From Ktedonobacterales bacterium (GTDB lineage Bacteria > Chloroflexota > Ktedonobacteria > Ktedonobacterales > JADMIN01): DNA of 32,000 nt. Below are positions 1 through 8,115 of this stretch, piece after piece (within the stretch, counting starts at the first letter, position 1; the number at the start of each line of letters is the position of its first letter). The position numbers and the translations under genes were made by a program. The stretch lies in contig CP126532.1 of NCBI GenBank assembly GCA_030167145.1, positions 120,001 through 152,000 of the forward strand. Reading direction: 5' to 3'. The notes beneath the pieces were generated by a model. That model was not told the origin of the DNA. It did not search any database and worked only from the letters and a program-made list of their open reading frames with translations.

Positions 1-25
1 TCGCAATAGTATGTGGAGGTTAACG

Positions 26-883
26 ATGGATGGTACCGATCCCGTACCGCATGGCGAGACCGCGATAAGTGTAGCCGCGCAATATATCCAGAACCTGTCA
101 CCTCTTGTTCCGCGCGTTGCCCTTGTACTGGGGACGGGACTCGGCGGGCTTGCCGAGCGGATTACGGAGCGTGTAGTCATTCCCTATGCGGATGTGCCGC
201 ACTTCCCGCTTGCGACTGTTGCGGGGCATGCGGGTCAACTCGTACTGGGCCAGTTGGGTGGTGTGCCAGTAGCGGCCATGCAAGGGCGATTTCACCTTTA
301 CGAGGGCTACACCCCGCAACAGGTCGTTCTGCCGCTACGCACATTGCACAGCCTTGGCGCAGATACCCTCATCGTGACCAATGCAGCAGGCGGACTCGAC
401 GCGACATACAAGGCTGGCGATTTGATGTTGATCCGCGACCATATTGGTCTGGCGATGATGTCAGGTATCAATCCTTTGATTGGTCCAAACGACACATCAC
501 TGGGGCCGCGCTTCCCGGCCATGACGGACACATACGATGCTGAACTGCGGACATGGGCGCGGATGACAGCAAATCAGCTCGGTATCGCGCTTCGCGAAGG
601 TGTCTATATCATGCTTAGCGGACCAACATATGAGACGCCAGCCGAGTTGCGATTTCTGCGGCTGATCGGGGCCGACGCAGTGGGGATGTCTACTGTGCCG
701 GAGGTCATCGCGGCTCGACACATGGGCATGCGTGTGCTGGCAATCTCATGCGTGACAAATGTAGCGTTACGTGCCGATGATACTCCCGTCGAGCCGAACC
801 ATGAGGAGGTAGTGGAAGCCGCGGAACGCGCGGGAACAGCGCTAAGCGAGATCATCACGGGTGTGCTGGAACGACTTCACTAG
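26..883 (+). CDS. punA: Purine nucleoside phosphorylase (PNP/MTAP family, PunA type)
   Basis: ORF 11..883. Family-typical stretches: LVLGTGLG, ATVAGHAGQLVLG, MQGRFHLYEGY, TNAAGGL, SGPTYETPAE, GADAVGMSTVPEV. GGAGG at 15-19 lies 6 nt upstream of ATG 26, so I prefer 26 over ATG 11. Confidence 0.85.
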   Translation: MDGTDPVPHGETAISVAAQYIQNLSPLVPRVALVLGTGLGGLAERITERVVIPYADVPHFPLATVAGHAGQLVLGQLGGVPVAAMQGRFHLYEGYTPQQVVLPLRTLHSLGADTLIVTNAAGGLDATYKAGDLMLIRDHIGLAMMSGINPLIGPNDTSLGPRFPAMTDTYDAELRTWARMTANQLGIALREGVYIMLSGPTYETPAELRFLRLIGADAVGMSTVPEVIAARHMGMRVLAISCVTNVALRADDTPVEPNHEEVVEAAERAGTALSEIITGVLERLH

Positions 884-1471
884 CTACGACGCTACGATGG
901 TGACGGTTAACCGCCACACCGATTTCCAGCCTTTCTCACCCGCCGCGAAGATCTCGATCTCGTACTTGCCAGGTGCGACCGATGGCGCGGTGAGACGCCA
1001 TATTGCTTTGCCTGTGCTGTCGGTAGTCTGTGGTGTCGGCCATTGCTGAAAGAGTGGCAAAGCGCCATCGGTCGGCGACCGCATAACGCATTGTATCCCC
1101 GCAAGCGGAGTAACGCCGTCTGGCCCAACTACAGTGGTCATGACAGAGAATGCCGCGCCAGATTTGAGAATATTGGGCGTCACCACTGCGCGAAGCGAAA
1201 AACCCGCGGGTGGTAGCACAGTTGGCGTAGTGGCGGCCGTGGCAGGTGTGGTAGGTGTGAAAGTAGATGCGGGCTTGGGGAACTCGGTCGGTGTCTTAGT
1301 GGTAGCCGCGACAGTTGCGGTTGCCACAGGTGGCGATGTATGCCCCGATGGATTGCCATTGATAAGTCGGGTGGCAGCCCCTGCCGCAAGACCGCTCATC
1401 GAGCATGCCGCTAAGACTATCGCCAACAGCAGACTTTGCGCAAAGCGGGGCGCTGAGTGCTGAGACCTCAC
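884..1471 (-). CDS. Putative lipoprotein: signal peptide, Thr/Pro-rich linker and a C-terminal beta-sandwich-like domain
   Basis: GTG start. The N-terminus (RFAQSLLLAIVLAAC) has a hydrophobic core and a lipobox-like LAAC. About 60 aa of T/P/A-rich linker follow, then about 100 aa with an alternating beta pattern (KYEIEIFAAGEKGWKSVWRLTVTI). It lies 24 nt downstream of the ParA-like gene on the same strand. I do not recognise a family. Confidence 0.5.
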   Translation of the reverse strand: MRSQHSAPRFAQSLLLAIVLAACSMSGLAAGAATRLINGNPSGHTSPPVATATVAATTKTPTEFPKPASTFTPTTPATAATTPTVLPPAGFSLRAVVTPNILKSGAAFSVMTTVVGPDGVTPLAGIQCVMRSPTDGALPLFQQWPTPQTTDSTGKAIWRLTAPSVAPGKYEIEIFAAGEKGWKSVWRLTVTIVAS

Positions 1472-1495
1472 GTTACTTTACCACCATGCTGTTCA

Positions 1496-2500
1496 CTAAT
1501 TCGACGAAGGCGCGTGAGCTTTCTCGAAGTCGCCGAGTGCAACTTCTGGTTCACTCAGCATGAGTGCTGAGATGTCTATGACGCGCGTATCAGGCAGGAG
1601 CATAGCTGGGCCACGCCGGTTGCTCACCAGGTGAGCGAGGTCTGCATCGCACAATAGCCACTCGGTGAGCAGCACATACCCTGCCCAGTGAGCTGGATTG
1701 GATGTGCGCTCCCAAATGGCCTCGCCATACCGAAATGCCTGCTCGAAGTACTCATTGCCGCGTATGGCGAATGGAAAGAGCTTGCGTCCCACAGGCTCAC
1801 CTTCGACCTCACCCGCCTGTAAAATTGTCTGGACAATGGTGCGCGCCGAATCAAGCGTGCGCCGAGTCTTTGGATCACAGCGGGTCAGAAGGATACCACC
1901 GAGAGTGAGGTCATGGCCAGATTCACGAACCTGCCCCATGAGCCGCAGCATAGCTTCCAGCCCTTCAAGCGCGGCAATTTCCGGTGCAATTGGCAAGATG
2001 ACAGTGTGTGTAGCGGCGAGCGCGTTGGTGAGCAGAGGGCCGCCCTCGGCGGGAAAGTCTATCAGGACTATGTCAAATTGACTATTCAAGGCGACGATAA
2101 GACTCTCTAGCACACGTCCTGAGTGCAGATGCGCAGCCGCATCTCCCTGTAATTCATCCCACGGAAGGACGCCGATATAGCCACCGGACCAACTCGGCTG
2201 TGAGGCGAGAATGATTGGCAATCCCAGTGCGCTCAGAACTTCTCGAGCGGCGTCGGCGGGGGCGAGCATGTTCGGTGGCACCAACTGAAATGTCATCATC
2301 GCCGTAGCGAGGTCACCATGCTCTGCTTCAGGCCATAGATTACGAAGCGAAGCGCTACTTGTGCCAGGCTGTGCCAGATCTATCACCAGCACTCGTACAC
2401 CATATAAGGCACACAGCCTACCAAGCGTTGAGACCGTGGTGGATTTGCCCTGGCCACCTTTGCGGGTCGCCACACCGTAAACATGACGCATGCGTCGCAT
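1496..2500 (-). CDS. ParA/MinD-family P-loop ATPase (orphan, with about 80-aa C-terminal extension)
   Basis: Deviant Walker A with the signature lysine (ATRKGGQGKSTT). Walker B-like hydrophobic strand plus Asp (FDIVLIDFP). Overall ParA layout. At 331-334 aa it is longer than typical ParA proteins. ATG 2491 is an alternative start, with AGGCAGG 9 nt upstream. Confidence 0.75.
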   Translation of the reverse strand: MRRMRHVYGVATRKGGQGKSTTVSTLGRLCALYGVRVLVIDLAQPGTSSASLRNLWPEAEHGDLATAMMTFQLVPPNMLAPADAAREVLSALGLPIILASQPSWSGGYIGVLPWDELQGDAAAHLHSGRVLESLIVALNSQFDIVLIDFPAEGGPLLTNALAATHTVILPIAPEIAALEGLEAMLRLMGQVRESGHDLTLGGILLTRCDPKTRRTLDSARTIVQTILQAGEVEGEPVGRKLFPFAIRGNEYFEQAFRYGEAIWERTSNPAHWAGYVLLTEWLLCDADLAHLVSNRRGPAMLLPDTRVIDISALMLSEPEVALGDFEKAHAPSSN

Positions 2501-2624
2501 CCTGCCTGTTTCCGAAACGTATCTATCATGCTGCTTCGAGCGAGGTCAGTATCACAGGCAAACACCAAAGGTGTCAAGGTTCATGGACGGATGAGGCATG
2601 AGTTTACCGAACACATGTCCTATC

Positions 2625-2653
2625 TCGACAGTTTAGAACTGCTATGCTACAAT
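2625..2653 (+). promoter_or_regulatory. Sigma-70-type promoter candidate: -35 TCGACA, 17-nt spacer, extended -10 TGCTACAAT
   Basis: TCGACA at 2625-2630 and TGCTACAAT at 2645-2653. It sits in the divergent intergenic region, about 75 nt upstream of ATG 2729. Confidence 0.5.
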
Positions 2654-2728
2654 GCCCCCGCGTTTGTAATAGACAGCGACTAGGATGTTCATGCCCACAG
2701 ATGCGTGTGAGGGACGGGGGTGGGAACT

Positions 2729-3202
2729 ATGCCTGACTGGCAGCGGGAACTCGAAGCGTTGCTCCTCCAACTCCATGTCTCACTGGACTCCGCGAATCCA
2801 TCTGACGATGTACGAAATGACCAGCATACCGCATGGCCTGGTACGGCCGCTAATGACGGCTCGAGCGCGCACCTCACCAAGGCATCCACGCCGATGGATC
2901 ATATACCCGCCGAGTTCGATGAGGTCAGCGTTGTGCAAAGTGAGATCGCGGCAACGGTAGGGCATGTGATTGCGCTTGCGAAGGCGGGGCAAATGGATCG
3001 CGCGCTGCGTGACGATGTAGTCTTCGTGCTGCGCGCACTGACGCGCCCCTATCCGAAGGTACCACGTGTCCAGGGCCGTGAACGCGGACGATCCGAGCCT
3101 GGAAAAGAATGGCAGTTTGCCTCGGAGGCTGCGGTTTTGCGCTTCTGTCGAATCGTGCTCAGGTTGACTCCGCTACGAGGATCTGACGCAATGACGCAAT
3201 AA
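2729..3202 (+). CDS. Hypothetical protein (157 aa), no recognisable family
   Basis: ORF 2720..3202 begins with GTG. ATG 2729 is preceded by a G-rich SD-like run (GGGGGTGGG). A strong promoter candidate lies upstream. I see no motif I can name. Confidence 0.4.
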   Translation: MPDWQRELEALLLQLHVSLDSANPSDDVRNDQHTAWPGTAANDGSSAHLTKASTPMDHIPAEFDEVSVVQSEIAATVGHVIALAKAGQMDRALRDDVVFVLRALTRPYPKVPRVQGRERGRSEPGKEWQFASEAAVLRFCRIVLRLTPLRGSDAMTQ

Positions 3203-3341
3203 GGGTTGGATAGTCTCCAGAGCAACGCAGTGTCGCTACTATGAAGGCTGCTGTACGATGTCTATCTAACCATGCCGTTCTTCTTATATACGTCACTTCA
3301 CATTGTGCAGATAACGGATTCACAACTGGTGGGAGGTCATT

Positions 3342-4382
3342 GTGCGCCGCGGTTTTTCGCTGTCTGACCACACGACAGACTTGGGGCTTCTCTTTGTAGT
3401 GCTCGTGTGGGGATTCTCGCCAACCCTTTTCAAAATAGTGCTTCAAGAGATGCAGCCACTGGCGTTCGTATTTGTACGATTCCTGTTGTTGTGTGTCGTG
3501 TCTGTTGGAGTGCTCGCCTGGCGCGGAGCGCACGGAAAGCGAGCGTGGCAGATTGAACAGCGAGATGTTGTCCTGCTCATCGTGTCAGGGCTATCTGGCT
3601 ATGGCGTGTATCAACTGTTCTATATGGTGGGGTTACGCCATACGACAGTCTTTGCGTCTGCGCTGCTGGCGGCAACGGTGCCCCTTTGGACAGCAGCTTT
3701 TGCTGTCTTGCTGAAGGCAGAGCGCTTTCACCCATTGCAATGGGTAGGCATTCTGGTAAGCCTAGCGGGCGTTGGGTGGTTCTTGACGATTGGCAATGCC
3801 CATCAATCCGAGTTACCTCTAGATCACGCTCTTAGTACAAGTGATCTACTTCTGGGAAATGGGCTGACATTGGTGGCTGCAGCATTGTTTGCGCTCTATG
3901 GAATCGTGAATAAACGGCTCGCTCCGCGCTATTCCCCGCCTGAACTCATGTGCTACACTCTAATCGTAGGAACCGTAGCGCTCGCCCCTTTCGGTATACC
4001 AGCCATCTTGAGTCAAAATTGGTCTCAGGTGAGCTGGCATAGCTGGGTGATTATTCCGTATTCGGTTATCTTTCCAATTTATGCGACGTACTCGATATGG
4101 AACTGGGCAATTGGCCGGCAAGGTGTTGGCTATGTAACCCTCTATAGCTACGCGGTGCCCGTTCTCGGTGGAATCGTCGCGTTTCTGGCACTCGGTGAGG
4201 CGCTGCTGCCGATGCAGATCGCGGCGGGTGCGCTCGTGTTGGGTGGAATGCTCATTGCACGGCGCGGGGCGGCGCGAGCGCGCCCGCCGATAAGCGCGAC
4301 TGATGTACAGCGTACCAAGACAATGCCAGATTCAGATCCCAATTCAGATCCCACCGCACTCTCTGCAACCCGTAAGATGTAA
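3342..4382 (+). CDS. EamA/DMT-superfamily transporter
   Basis: About 10 hydrophobic segments in two halves, typical of the EamA duplication. GTG start with GGGAGG at 3331-3336, 5 nt upstream. The hydrophilic C-terminal tail carries a duplicated DSDP/NSDP. Confidence 0.8.
   Translation: MRRGFSLSDHTTDLGLLFVVLVWGFSPTLFKIVLQEMQPLAFVFVRFLLLCVVSVGVLAWRGAHGKRAWQIEQRDVVLLIVSGLSGYGVYQLFYMVGLRHTTVFASALLAATVPLWTAAFAVLLKAERFHPLQWVGILVSLAGVGWFLTIGNAHQSELPLDHALSTSDLLLGNGLTLVAAALFALYGIVNKRLAPRYSPPELMCYTLIVGTVALAPFGIPAILSQNWSQVSWHSWVIIPYSVIFPIYATYSIWNWAIGRQGVGYVTLYSYAVPVLGGIVAFLALGEALLPMQIAAGALVLGGMLIARRGAARARPPISATDVQRTKTMPDSDPNSDPTALSATRKM
4330..4353. repeat. Perfect 12-bp tandem duplication (ATTCAGATCCCA x2) inside the EamA C-terminal tail
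   Basis: Read directly: 4330-4341 equals 4342-4353. It is in frame and encodes DSDP-NSDP. Confidence 0.9.
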
Positions 4383-4385
4383 GCG

Positions 4386-5864
4386 CTATGCTCTCGCAAG
4401 AGCCTGCCGAATCGCGCTAAGCAGCAGGCCATCCTCATCACGCGAAACTGTGCGTGGATCAAAAAGCAGGAGATCGCGGGAGAGACGTGCGACAATCGCA
4501 GGTTGACCTCGGCGTAGATCAGCGGCCAGCGTAGTGACAGATGTGACTTGTGATGGGGACAGACGCAAAGCGGCGGTATGTGGTCGAACCCCACATAGGA
4601 CAGTAGGAAGCGTCTCGCCCGGCAGTGATCCACCCCCGACCGTGGACTCGCCCGGAAGTATAGTGGCCTCCAAGCCACGAGGGCGCAGCACAGCATCCCA
4701 CTCCTCGGCCCATTTTTTGGCACGTACTTCAATTTCCGCAATGGACATCGAAATCATGCTCCAAACAGGGATGTCATGCACTGCCGAACCTTGCGCCTGA
4801 AGTCGCAATGTGGCTTCGAGCGCAACAAGGGTGAGCTTATCAATGCGAACGGCGCGCACCAGTGGATGGTGCTCGATCATCGCCAACGCCGATGCCGCGC
4901 CCGCGATGATACCTGCTTGGGGTCCACCCATAAGCTTATCGCCTGAAAAACAGACAAGATCGGCGCCTGCGGCGATGCTTTCCTGCACAGTTGGCTCGTG
5001 AGCAAGCCCCCAGCGTTCGGTTGGCATGACTGCGCCACTGCCAAGATCATGGATCAGCGGCACATCGTGGCTGTGGGCGAGCGCCACTAGTTCTGACAGC
5101 GCCGGAGACGTGGTGAACCCGACAAGCCTGAAATTGCTGGGGTGGACGAGGAGAATCGCCGCCGTCTCATGTGTTATGGCCTCGGCGTAATCCCGAAGAT
5201 AGGTGCGGTTAGTGGTACCTACCTCGATCAGGTGCGCGCCACTCTGGCGCAACACATCAGGTATGCGGAATCCCCCGCCGATCTCCACAAGCTCACCGCG
5301 TGAGATGATCACATCACGCCCAGAGGCCAAGGCAGCGAGTGTAAGAAGGATAGCAGCAGCGTTATTGTTGACCACGAGCGCGTCTTCAGCGCCAGTCAGC
5401 ATGCGCAACCAATGCCGAATATGCGCCATCCGGGACGCGCGCATTCCATCTGCAAGGTCATATTCAAGATTCGAGTAGCCACGTGCAACGCTGGTAATGG
5501 CCTGAATAGCGGCATCAGCAAGAGGAGCGCGGCCCAAATTGGTATTGAGAATGACGCCGGTCGCGTTCACAACGCGGCGCAATGACGGCTGGCTCTGGTT
5601 TGCGACTGCTGCCGTGATCTGCTCGATAAGATGAATGCGGTCGGGAATGGGCATGCCGGAGACTGCCTGTGCACGCGCGGCAGCGAGCGTCTCGCGAATC
5701 GCTTGAATGAGCACCTGTCGAGGGAAATCGCCGAGTGTAGCCGCCGAAGCGAGGAGGTCTGCGTCGCGCGCTAGTTCGTCTACCGAAGGAAGAGCGCGTG
5801 CAGCGGACACAGAAGCAGATTCAACATGTTGTCCTTGGGTGCGGCGTGTATTCTTACGTGCCAT
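4386..5864 (-). CDS. selA: L-seryl-tRNA(Sec) selenium transferase
   Basis: Appears collinear with my recollection of E. coli SelA over the whole core: NLGRAPL, LEYDL, TGAEDALVVNNNAAAILL, ISRGELVEIGGGFRIPDV, EVGTTNRT. The PLP-lysine motif FSGDKLMGGPQAGII is present. Confidence 0.9.
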   Translation of the reverse strand: MARKNTRRTQGQHVESASVSAARALPSVDELARDADLLASAATLGDFPRQVLIQAIRETLAAARAQAVSGMPIPDRIHLIEQITAAVANQSQPSLRRVVNATGVILNTNLGRAPLADAAIQAITSVARGYSNLEYDLADGMRASRMAHIRHWLRMLTGAEDALVVNNNAAAILLTLAALASGRDVIISRGELVEIGGGFRIPDVLRQSGAHLIEVGTTNRTYLRDYAEAITHETAAILLVHPSNFRLVGFTTSPALSELVALAHSHDVPLIHDLGSGAVMPTERWGLAHEPTVQESIAAGADLVCFSGDKLMGGPQAGIIAGAASALAMIEHHPLVRAVRIDKLTLVALEATLRLQAQGSAVHDIPVWSMISMSIAEIEVRAKKWAEEWDAVLRPRGLEATILPGESTVGGGSLPGETLPTVLCGVRPHTAALRLSPSQVTSVTTLAADLRRGQPAIVARLSRDLLLFDPRTVSRDEDGLLLSAIRQALARA

Positions 5865-5924
5865 GAAATGCCCCGCAGCTTTTCACCTGCCGTGCGACTC
5901 ACAGGTGGCGTCTTGCACGAACCA

Positions 5925-5935
5925 ATTATATAGCA
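5925..5935 (-). promoter_or_regulatory. Candidate -10 region for selA (minus-strand TGCTATATAAT)
   Basis: The reverse complement of 5925-5935 reads TGCTATATAAT, about 60 nt upstream of the selA ATG. There is no convincing -35. The hairpin CACCTG-N12-CAGGTG lies in the presumed leader. Confidence 0.3.
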
Positions 5936-6068
5936 GAGCCTCATACCTCTTCATCGAACCTTTGGAGCGTACAATTATATTGTTATGACATGTTGATATT
6001 TAGTCAGCAAATTGATGTTTGCGGACACAATACATAGTTACATCTTCTACCCAAGCCCGTCAGCGATG

Positions 6069-6084
6069 GTTTCATATATGAAAC
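6069..6084. promoter_or_regulatory. 16-bp perfect palindrome GTTTCATATATGAAAC (candidate operator)
   Basis: Read directly. It sits in the middle of the AT-rich spacer upstream of selA. Function is unknown. Confidence 0.3.
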
Positions 6085-6405
6085 ACGCATGACAGCCTGA
6101 AGATAATATCGTTTCGCGAGGTAATATTATGGTCGTAGTCGCCAAAGTCCAGTTTGCGGACTAGAGTTGCTTGGCAAGCCTCAAGTGGCGCAAGATGTGC
6201 GTGAACTCGTCAATCTCGCCATTTCGGCCGTCAAGAAGCACCACGATGAAGCGAATGCCTTGGGTCGCCACCTCATGGAAAGCATTCGATGGCGAATTGC
6301 GGGTGGCTCATCACCGCGACACAAAGCCACTCGCCGATCTATGCACTGAAATCCTGTCCATACCGTCCCATCTGTTGTTTCCATCTGTTGTGCTGCCCGC
6401 AGAAC

Positions 6406-7806
6406 TCAACCTATCGCGGCAAGCACCTCGTCCGCTGCTCGCCGCCCTGTCGCCAGCGCGCCATGCACCGTGCCAGTGTGGCCGTCGGCGTTTGTGGCTT
6501 CGCCCGCGAAGAAGACTGTCCCTGCCACCGCTGTGCCCAATTGCTGGGGTGCGTCCATCCCGCCAGCGCGGACATAACTATATGCGCCACGCGCAAATGG
6601 ATCAGTTGACCAGTTATGCAGATGCCACTGTTCCAATCGTCGGTCCAGGTCTGCTCGACGAACGTCGAGCACTCGTGCCAACGCTTCCATCGCCTGATCT
6701 GCAATGTCTGCATCTGCCTGCCTGACGAGATGCTCAGTCGGCGGTCCACCAGCCCATCCGGTCAGCGTTGGCGTGAGCAGCGGATCGCTCGTCCACCACG
6801 TCGGCAGCACTGCATCGTCCGATAAGAGAAACGATAGACGTGGCAATATCGGCGTCTCCGGCGCAGATCCCCCGAGCTGCGCGGGTTGCCAGGGATCCCA
6901 GAACGGCTCACGAAAGCGCAAGATCACCTTGACTGTCTGCCCCATCGCCAACTTCGCACATGCTGCCAGGTGCCCCTGCGGAAGTTCCGGTAGAAATCGC
7001 AACGCGCCGAGTTGATCGGCGGGAGCCGTCAGCACACCAAGTGGCGCCGTGACCACCACTGCCCGCGCCGTGAACGGCTCCAACTCTTTCCCGTCGCGTG
7101 ATCGCACTTCCACCGTGACCGCACCTGGCGTCCAGCGTAGCGTATGCGCTAAGGTATTGAGCGCAAGCACAGTCCGCTCTGGCGCCACTCCAGCGTACAA
7201 CCAGGTGAGCACTCGGTCATACCCGTCCACCACACGATACTGCCGCGAACCGTCAATTGCCGCCGCTGCCGCTTCTGTCTGTGCAAGCCAGCGTACACTC
7301 ACCTTCGCCGGGTCTGCCGCATCGTACCCCTGGACATACCTCGCGATTTGCTCGCGTGCTGCTGCCCATCGTACATCAGCGAATTGAGTGGCAAATACCT
7401 CTTGCAGCGTGGCATCTTCCCCCTGCCATCCCATTACCGTCTCCCAGGTTGTGTCGTTCTCCTCTGACTCCCCTGCCTCCTCTGCCTCAACGTCGTCCCC
7501 TGTGGCTCCTCTGGAAAGCTGCCCACCAGTAGAAATCCAGTTTGTACCGGCGAGTTCCGCCAGCGTCAGGCTGGCTGCCTGCGCAATGCCCAAGATATCA
7601 GGTGGCCGCCCATGCACAAACTCCGCTCCCAACTCCATGGGCCACATCCCCGTGGCTCCCGCATCTGGTCGCATGGTCCAAATGCGCCCGCCAAGGCGGT
7701 CGCGCGCCTCCACCAACGCCAGTGACACTCCTTGCTCTGACAGAACTCGGGCTGCCGCGATGCCCGCTGCGCCAGCGCCAAGCACTACGACGTCAACGGC
7801 TACCAT
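6406..7806 (-). CDS. Flavin-containing amine oxidase (FAD-dependent amine/polyamine oxidoreductase family)
   Basis: N-terminal dinucleotide fold (VVVLGAGAAGIAAA ... VEARDRLGGRI) and C-terminal FAD motif (FFAGEAT ... GTVHGALATG). The ORF track starts at GTG 7890. ATG 7806 has GGGGGA 5 nt upstream and places the GxGxxG about 6 residues from the N-terminus, as is usual. Confidence 0.8.
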   Translation of the reverse strand: MVAVDVVVLGAGAAGIAAARVLSEQGVSLALVEARDRLGGRIWTMRPDAGATGMWPMELGAEFVHGRPPDILGIAQAASLTLAELAGTNWISTGGQLSRGATGDDVEAEEAGESEENDTTWETVMGWQGEDATLQEVFATQFADVRWAAAREQIARYVQGYDAADPAKVSVRWLAQTEAAAAAIDGSRQYRVVDGYDRVLTWLYAGVAPERTVLALNTLAHTLRWTPGAVTVEVRSRDGKELEPFTARAVVVTAPLGVLTAPADQLGALRFLPELPQGHLAACAKLAMGQTVKVILRFREPFWDPWQPAQLGGSAPETPILPRLSFLLSDDAVLPTWWTSDPLLTPTLTGWAGGPPTEHLVRQADADIADQAMEALARVLDVRRADLDRRLEQWHLHNWSTDPFARGAYSYVRAGGMDAPQQLGTAVAGTVFFAGEATNADGHTGTVHGALATGRRAADEVLAAIG

Positions 7807-7848
7807 TTCATCCCCCAAGTCGCTCGTGTCTGCATCATCGAACTCATT

Positions 7849-7864
7849 GGTTCTGTGGTTCTGT
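7849..7864. repeat. 8-bp tandem repeat GGTTCTGT x2
   Basis: Read directly: 7849-7856 equals 7857-7864. It lies in the presumed 5' leader or promoter region of the amine oxidase. Confidence 0.85.
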
Positions 7865-7877
7865 GTTATGCGTACAT

Positions 7878-7902
7878 CACGTACTCTCACGTACTCTCAC
7901 GT
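7878..7902. repeat. 10-bp tandem repeat CACGTACTCT x2.5 (three CACGT cores at 10-bp phasing)
   Basis: Read directly: 7878-7887 equals 7888-7897, followed by CACGT at 7898-7902. A degenerate copy (CGTACAT) lies just before it. Confidence 0.85.
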
Positions 7903-8115
7903 TGTATGCCAACGCAAGGATGCGAGATGCCTGCCGATGGATTCCGCCTGCGAAGTTCCTTAACCGCAGATAGCATGTGGCGCTTACGCCCTGGACGCCA
8001 GGAAACGGCAAACTAGCCTATAATTCGGGTACAAGAAACAACGCATTGTTGGCAGGTACTTGCAAGCGAAGCCGGGTGCCATCAAGCGGATACGCAGAAC
8101 CAGTGAGAAGATCAA

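Noticed and set aside
5950-5965. GGTTCGA (minus strand), a T-loop-like string near selA, examined as a possible tRNA-Sec (selC). TTCAAA strings at 14049 and 3421 were also examined.
   Set aside because: There are no complementary T-stem arms, no acceptor stem, and no CUUCAAA anticodon loop in a paired context. None of them folds into a cloverleaf by eye.
6167-6384. Small ORFs in the selA/amine-oxidase spacer: plus strand 6167-6349 (60 aa, TTG start) and minus strand 6181-6384 (67 aa, ATG)
   Set aside because: The two are mutually antisense. The plus ORF has no SD and no ATG/GTG start. The minus ORF product is W/C/R-rich and non-protein-like with no SD. Neither has a recognisable family. The plus frame could be a gene fragment, but I cannot support it.
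8049-8066. Sigma-54-like element TTGGCAGGTACTTGCAAG upstream of the ABC remnant
   Set aside because: The GG and GC dinucleotides are separated by 9 nt, not the canonical 10 (TGGCAC-N5-TTGC). The downstream gene is a truncated remnant and no enhancer-binding protein gene is nearby.
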